A stretch of 64,000 bases of DNA from Octopus vulgaris (taxonomy: Eukaryota). Below, one piece after another: positions 57,240 through 64,000 of this stretch (position 1 is the first letter of the stretch; every line of letters starts with the position of its first letter). The position numbers were made by a program, and so were the translations under genes. A model generated the notes under the pieces. It saw only the letters and a list, made by a program, of their open reading frames with translations. It did not search any database and was not told the origin of the DNA. The stretch lies in the NCBI GenBank assembly GCA_951406725.2, contig OX597836.1:3968001-4032000 (forward strand), written 5' to 3'.

Positions 57240-58260
57240 TAGGAAAACTCACAATTGTGCTGGACCTAATTCATAAAAAAAATTTGATCTTAATCTACAC
57301 CACATAAATTCCATAGTTGCAAAGTGGTTAATAAATATATCGATATGCTGCAAATGTATTTAGAAGTTTCTGCAGCTGAGAAAAAATTAATCAGTGATAA
57401 TGTCATTAAAAGAAAAAAAAAATATTGAGAACAATTGTCGTTTCGTTTTCTAAGTCTCCCCCACCAAGAGAAAAGAAAAAATATTGGTAAAATACGTGAA
57501 AGAGGAGCACGGCTATGAATTGCAGTTAATCAATGATACTAAAACACGATGGACTATTTTCTTTTGGAATATTGCAAAGAATCGTGTTCAATAAAAGCCG
57601 TATGGTAAAATTTATGATCGATATCAAGCAACATCTTGACTTTTGTTACAATGAATTTACCGCCATTCGTAGTGTTGTATCAACTTTGGAATCCATTAAA
57701 GTTGGAGTTGAAAAGATGACGCTTCGATATCTGCAGAGACCAAAGTTATTTTTATTCTAGAAGAATTGAATTGATTAAAATGCCCCAAAAGTTCCACTTG
57801 CCGAGAGAATGTGGAATGTGTCATGTAAAGAACAGAACAGCAGAGAAATAAATAAAATTTGATTGGACTAATGAAGTATTTGAATATTGCTTTTTTGATT
57901 TGGGGATAAACTTAACTCTATCCACGCGTTTATCATCAGAAAGCATGCTACAGAATAGCTCCAAGGATCTGTGTGAAAAATATGTTTATGAGTTTCTCAG
58001 GAGATCCTTAAATTTCGGAACCAGAACCCATGATAAATGTAGAATCCACTCCATCAAAATAAGAGAAAGATTAAACGGTTCCATTGTCACAATTGTTGAA
58101 AAGAATCCCAGAGGAGCATTAAATCGTCTGATAAAACAAAAAAGAAAGAAAGACAGAAAAAGCAAACTTTGGTAGAGATAATCGTGTTTGAAATTACTGA
58201 TGATGGAATTATTCGTTGTCTTCAAATTCCGTCGATGTAGTATGTTTTAAACATCCAACG
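57240..58260 (+). mobile_element. Decayed hAT transposase
   Basis: SPTK...LVKYVKEEHGYELQLINDTKTRW (D-x-x-TRW motif), then frameshifted ILQR...KFMIDI...EF...LESIKVGVEK. Confidence 0.78.
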
Positions 58261-58263
58261 AAC

Positions 58264-58296
<33 letters not shown>

Positions 58297-58566
58297 GGGG
58301 GGAAAGAGGGAGAGAGAAGGGGAGAACGAGAGACAGAGAGAGGGGAAGAGGGAGAGTGAGAATGAGAGAGATGGTAAGAGAGAGAGAGGGTGAGAGCGCA
58401 GGCGGTAGAGTGAATGGGAAGAAGAAAGATAGATAGATACATAGATAGACAGATAGAGAAAGAGAGAGAGAGAGGGAAAGGGAGAGTACCTGTGCGTGTG
58501 TATGTGTATACATATATACGCATAGGTATATATGTGTATATGTGGGTGTGTATGTGTGTGTTTCTG

Positions 58567-58791
58567 TACGAAGGGCTACTGAAAAGGTCATGGCTTCGGG
58601 TAAAACAAAATAAAGGGAATCAGTTTTAATTGCGATTTTATTGAACACATTCCCCTCTTAGATTCACACACGTATTGCAGCCGCTCTTCAGGTTTTTTAA
58701 ACCATGTAAACGAACTCGGAAGTTTGGGCTTCTAACCAGACCAGACCTTTCGTGCTATCCTTAAAGCCAGGAACTTTTCAGCACTCCACCC

Positions 58792-58794
<3 letters not shown>
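58567..58794. mobile_element. Mariner-type MITE, about 230 bp
   Basis: TA-CGAAGGGCTACTGAAAAGGTCATGGCTT vs reverse CGGGTGGAGTGCTGAAAAGTTCCTGGCTT terminal inverted repeats. Confidence 0.72.
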
Positions 58795-58843
<49 letters not shown>

Positions 58844-59511
58844 AGTGCACATTTATAACCACAGCTGCCAGTGAGTTTAAGGACTTTATCTCATGGAGAT
58901 GAGGAAAATGATAAAAGAAAGATATGGAAATATATGTATACGCTTCACTCTTTGATAAAGTTTCTTCATAGCAGAAAAAAAAAAACCATAACAAAAAAAA
59001 GCACATAGATACAGCATATAAAAAAAACAAAACAGAAGGAATTTTCTTCATTCAAGTGGCACTCTCATCACTTAAGAAGCAGTTCTCAGTTATACTTTTT
59101 GTATACACGCTCATGAACACACACAAACACAAACACACACAACACACACACACACACATACATATGCACATGGTTATTGTTCGTCGTTGAGACTAACGAA
59201 AGTTTTGGAAAAGCGTTTCAAAGACCAGATTGTCACTGATTATTGTATAATATATCAAATTTTTATTTTCGCGTTTCAGATGAAAGCTTAATTACATACG
59301 AAATGAAATATCGCTTCATCTTGTGAACCATCAGAGTATTGAGTATTTGATATTACTCAGGTGTTTCGAGAGATGAGACGATAGATTCTATCGCAAATAT
59401 AATTTATATGCTGTTTGTATATGTATGTAGGTGTGTACATATATATATCTACATACATACATATGTATATGCATGTATATATATATATATACAATCATTT
59501 ATATATTGCAG

Positions 59512-59544
<33 letters not shown>

Positions 59545-59647
59545 CTGTGTGTGTATATAAACATGTATATGTGTGTGTGTTATATATATGTATGTATTTT
59601 GTATTTATACACACACGCATATACATATACACATATATACATTGCCG

Positions 59648-59728
<81 letters not shown>

Positions 59729-59825
59729 GCACACATATATACATATAATCATATGTGTGAGTGTACACCAATAGAAGAGAAGTTATGTTTGTATACATAC
59801 ATATATCTAGCTATCTTCCTATGTA

Positions 59826-59883
<58 letters not shown>

Positions 59884-60182
59884 TAGATAGATAGATAGAT
59901 AGATAGAGATATATAGCTAGAGATAGAAAGGTAAGTAGATAGGTAGATAGATATGTATGCTTTTATGTATATATATGTATATGTATATATACAAATAAAC
60001 ACTCCCTCACCCCAACTCTCACACGCAAACATACATATGTGCGTATATAAATACATGTATACACATGCATAGAAATATATATGCTCTTCGGTCTATTGAA
60101 GCGTCTTTATGCCGGCTCATTCGTATTTATGTATTCATGCATATATGTGTTTTTGTTCGTGTGTTTGTGTGTGTTTACATAC

Positions 60183-60185
<3 letters not shown>

Positions 60186-60215
<30 letters not shown>

Positions 60216-60398
60216 TGTATGTATGTATGTATGTATGTATGTATGCATGTATGTATGTATGTATGTATGTATGTATGTATGTATGTATGTATGTATGCAT
60301 GTATGTATGTATGTATGCATGTATGTATGTATGTATGTATGTATGTATGCATGTATGTATGTATGTATGTATGTATGTATGTATGTATGTATGTATGT
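60186..60398. repeat. (TATG)n microsatellite
   Basis: Seen directly. Confidence 0.97.
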
Positions 60399-60483
60399 GT
60401 GTATATGTGTGTGCGAGATTCTGTGTCTGTGTGCAAATGTCTGTTTCTGTTTATATATACATACATAGACAAACATACATACA

Positions 60484-60555
<72 letters not shown>

Positions 60556-60874
60556 GTAATGCGTGTGTGTTTATGTATGCGTAAATATCCTTTTAATTAT
60601 TATTACGTTAGATTAAAGGTTGCAGACATCTTGGACGAAAGCCAAAATTTTAACAGCTTTGAACTGAACACCGTAATAATAAGTTTAGTCAACAGGTCCG
60701 ACCTAAGCACACACCTACAGCAATTCCCATCGCTTGTAAATAACCAGAAGCTTGTCAGCTGATAAAAGAGCCTCTGCGTGGTCGATTGAACTGGACGAAT
60801 CATTCACCAATTCTCCCTGAAACCGACATTACTGCCTGGTAAAAATTTCTCGTTATGGTGTGATGTAATGCGGA

Positions 60875-60912
60875 GGGGTGGGTTGGGGTTGGGGTTAGGG
60901 TTGGGTTGGGGG
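60875..60912 (+). other. G-quadruplex-forming, telomere-like tract
   Basis: GGGGTGGGTTGGGGTTGGGGTTAGGGTTGGGTTGGGGG, seven G-runs. Confidence 0.7.
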
Positions 60913-62029
60913 AATTAATGCGGAAGACTAGATGGTAGGGCCACGACTGGGATGGCAATGAAGTATTGGACTGCCTGTTCCATCAGGTCTGGTCTGGTCT
61001 GGCCTAATAGTGCGAAACACGAAGATCGACAACAGCAGTGGTAGAAGCCAAAACAAGAATAGCAACATTGTCCTCACCAACACAACCACCGCGACCACGC
61101 CCACCATCAACATAACCACCACCGCCGCCACCGCTGCCATCACAACTACCACCACCTTGACGACCACCACCACCACGACCATCACGACCATCACGACCAC
61201 CACGACTATGACGACGACGACTACGACCACCACCACGATCACCACTACCACCGCCGCCGCCACAACCTCCACAACCATAACCACCGTTCCAATTATCATC
61301 ATCATTATCGTCATCATCAACTGTAGCAGCAGCGGCAGCCTCAGCAGCAGCAAGATCGATAATAACAATAACAATAGCGAAATATGAACATCTCAAACAA
61401 CGAAGCAATACGTTTGTCGTCATTTTCTTTGCTAGAAATAACAGTCAAACGTTCTTGAAGGTCACGCTCAATTTGAAGTAAGGAAAGGCTAAACTGAACA
61501 ATGTATAGCATATGGCTGAGTAAGGGAGTTGGTCACGGCTGTAGCGCTTCTGGATGTTCTTACCACCAATCAGCGAAGGCTGGAAAATGTGAAGCGAAAC
61601 TTGGCTGCGTGTTTTTACGCAGTCGCTTGAACTGCTAGACATAACAGCTAAGTTTTCCTGAAACAACTTGTCACTGAGCCCCCCACATTTTTTTTAAATG
61701 AAGTTCTTCTTTAAGCGATACGATTTTGATTTAAAATATTGATCTGCTCAATCGTGCATCGATCTGTGTTGTTAAATGGCCACCACCCCACCGTCGCCAC
61801 CAAGCACCATCGTTTCAGTCGCACCATCGGTGCCCCCTACCGCCACACACCCGCCGCCACCACCGCCACTACCATCACTCCCGCTGACACGAACTACCAC
61901 CACTACCACACCAATACCACCGCCACTGCAACCAACATTCCTTCTGACATGACAACCACAAATACATCACCACCTCCACCACCACCACCAACCATCACCA
62001 CTACTGCTATTACATTAAGCACACCGCTG

Positions 62030-62101
<72 letters not shown>

Positions 62102-62149
62102 TTACTACTGCAGCTGATGCTACTACAACAACAACAGCAGTAGTGGATA

Positions 62150-62335
62150 TATAATGGCCCAGTGCTTAGGGCAGCAGGCTCGCGGTCGTAAGAACGTGGT
62201 TTCGATTCCCAAACTGGGCATTGTGAGTGTTTATTGAGCAAAAACATCTGAGCTCCACGAGCCTCCGGCGGGTGGGGGTGGGCGAACCCTGCTGTACTCT
62301 TTCACCACAACTTTCTCTCACTCTTTCTTCCTACG
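62150..62335 (+). mobile_element. SINE family C 5' half
   Basis: atggcccagtgcttagggcagc...ggtttcgattccc...ctgctgtactctttcaccacaactttctctc. Confidence 0.82.
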
Positions 62336-62623
62336 TCTGCCACGAAGCAGGGGAACCATGGTGTAATCCACTATGGTGTGGTAAACTTTCAGACCCTAGT
62401 CTAGATTGCGAATCCTCTGTACCCCATGATGGTTCAGCTCTCCACCCGTTAAAAAGCCACCGTTTACGGAATGAGGAAAGCGACGTAGCTTTCGCGTCCG
62501 TGCAACTGCCAGTCTATCGCGTGTGGTGGGTGGATCTTCAAGTTGTCACACGCATTCTTAGTAGCTTAGAGTAGGCTCGAATTAGAGATTATTCTTTGTG
62601 GCTAATGGCGTGAGTCCTGATTG

Positions 62624-62796
62624 GAAGAAGAAGAAGAAGAAGAAGAAGAAGAAGAAGAAGAAGAAGAAGAAGAAGAAGAAGAAGAAGAAGAAGAAGAAGA
62701 AGAAGAAGAAGAAGAAGAAGAAGAAGAAGAAGAAGAAGAAGAAGAAGAAGAAGAAGAAGAAGAAGAAGAAGAAGAAGAAGAAGAAGAAGAAGAAGA
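62624..62796. repeat. Pure (GAA)n, about 57 units
   Basis: Seen directly. Confidence 0.98.
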
Positions 62797-63174
62797 CAAC
62801 AGCAGTGACAATTAAATGTCAATTCTGCTATGTTTGACCTTTGTTGTTTACAAAATAAGAGTCATTGTTTAAATGTTTGTAATAAATGATTATTATTGAC
62901 TAAGAAACCAAACCTAACTCTAAGTTCTTATGAAATGTCTTTTGGGTTCGTTCATTGAATATTTCTCTGAATGGCAGATGCGAATAAAGAATGAAAGAAA
63001 GAAATGTTGAGACGTCTGAAAGAGTTCTCGTAGAAAGAGTTTTCTGTTTTGTTTTTGTGAAAATGTCAATCAAGGGAATATCTTGGATAAGGATTTTGAA
63101 AGAAAAAAAATAACGTAGAAAAGTAGTCACGTGTGTGCGCGTCCCCCCTTGTGTTCTAGTCATACATACAAGAA

Positions 63175-64000
63175 TGCGCAAGCGTGGTTGTGCTGTAAGA
63201 AGGTTACTTCCCAACAACATGGTTCTGGGTTCAGTTCCACTGCGTGGCACTTTGAGCAAGTGTCTTCTACGGTGGCTTTGGGTGGACCAAATCCCTAACA
63301 GCGGATTTGGTCGATGGAAAAGGAAAGAAGCGTGTCGGGCTTATGTTTTCCAAAATGGAAGCGGACATCTTTCTCCGTATGATCCGCTTATCTTTAAATC
63401 TGCTATTTATTTTATCGACACAAAATATGAAACGCAATGTCTACCTCGGTGGAATCTGAACTCAGAACGTAAAGACGCGCAAAATGCCGTTTAGTATTTT
63501 ACCCGGGTGCTAACGATTCTGCCAGCTCGCCGTCTTCATTGTGTCAAAAACTGCATTCAAATTTTGGCACGAGGCCAGCAATTGTAGGGGCAGAGCGTAA
63601 GTCGTTTACATATAACCCAGTATTCAACTGGTATTTAATTAATCGACCCCGAACGGATGAAAGTCGGGTGAGATACCTATTTCTTTACTACCCACAAGGG
63701 GCTAAACACAGAGAGGACAAACAAGGACAGACACACGGATTAAGTCGTGATTATATCGACCCCAGTGCCTAACAGGTACTTATTTAATCGATCCCGAAAG
63801 GATGAAAGGCAAAATCGGATGAAATACAGTTGAGCATTTTGACCAGCGTGTAAACGTTTCCTTTCTATTCTAGGCTCAAAGCCTGAAATTTCTAGGGAGG
63901 AGGACAGCCGATTAGATCGACCCAAAGACGCAAATTGTACTTAATTTATCGAACTCCGAAAGGATGAAAGGCAAAGTCGACCTCGGCGGAATTTGAACTC
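63175..64000. mobile_element. SINE cluster: family A head (+) followed by several nested family B fragments (-)
   Basis: gttcagttccactgcgtggcac; repeated cgaaaggatgaaaggcaaa cores with both tail types. Confidence 0.82.

Noticed and set aside
61010-61387. Mucin-like poly-Thr ORF
   Set aside because: Degenerate ACC/ACG triplet repeat without splice or domain support
61564-61657. Minus-strand exon candidate ENLAVMSSSSSDCVKTRSQVSLHIFQPSLIG
   Set aside because: Good donor but almost no pyrimidine tract, and no recognisable homology

Overview
Eukaryotic, AT-rich, extremely microsatellite-dense intronic or intergenic DNA. The SINE families look like ones I recognise from octopus (coleoid cephalopod) genomes; this assignment is recognition, not a database result. 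No complete protein-coding gene can be supported, and almost all ORF-track entries are translated microsatellites or repeats. The window is a mosaic of at least three tRNA-derived SINE families, decayed LINEs (RTE, R4/Dong, possibly L1/Tx1), Penelope-like fragments with hammerhead-ribozyme-like cores, Tc1/mariner and hAT remnants, MITEs, a probable solo LTR, two minisatellites and a few isolated exon candidates. The most unusual structure is a 319-bp, about 98%-identical inverted duplicate (7600-7918 / 20322-20640). It sits next to much more diverged shared flanks and carries both a TM-CxxC-RTRR open frame and, on the opposite strand, an exon-like unit. Other notable features are a tail-out SINE palindrome bracketed by one direct repeat, several hammerhead-like families beside (TA)n tracts, and a 14-bp two-state minisatellite whose unexpanded precursor appears to lie nearby in inverted orientation. 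Boundaries of old repeats are approximate.
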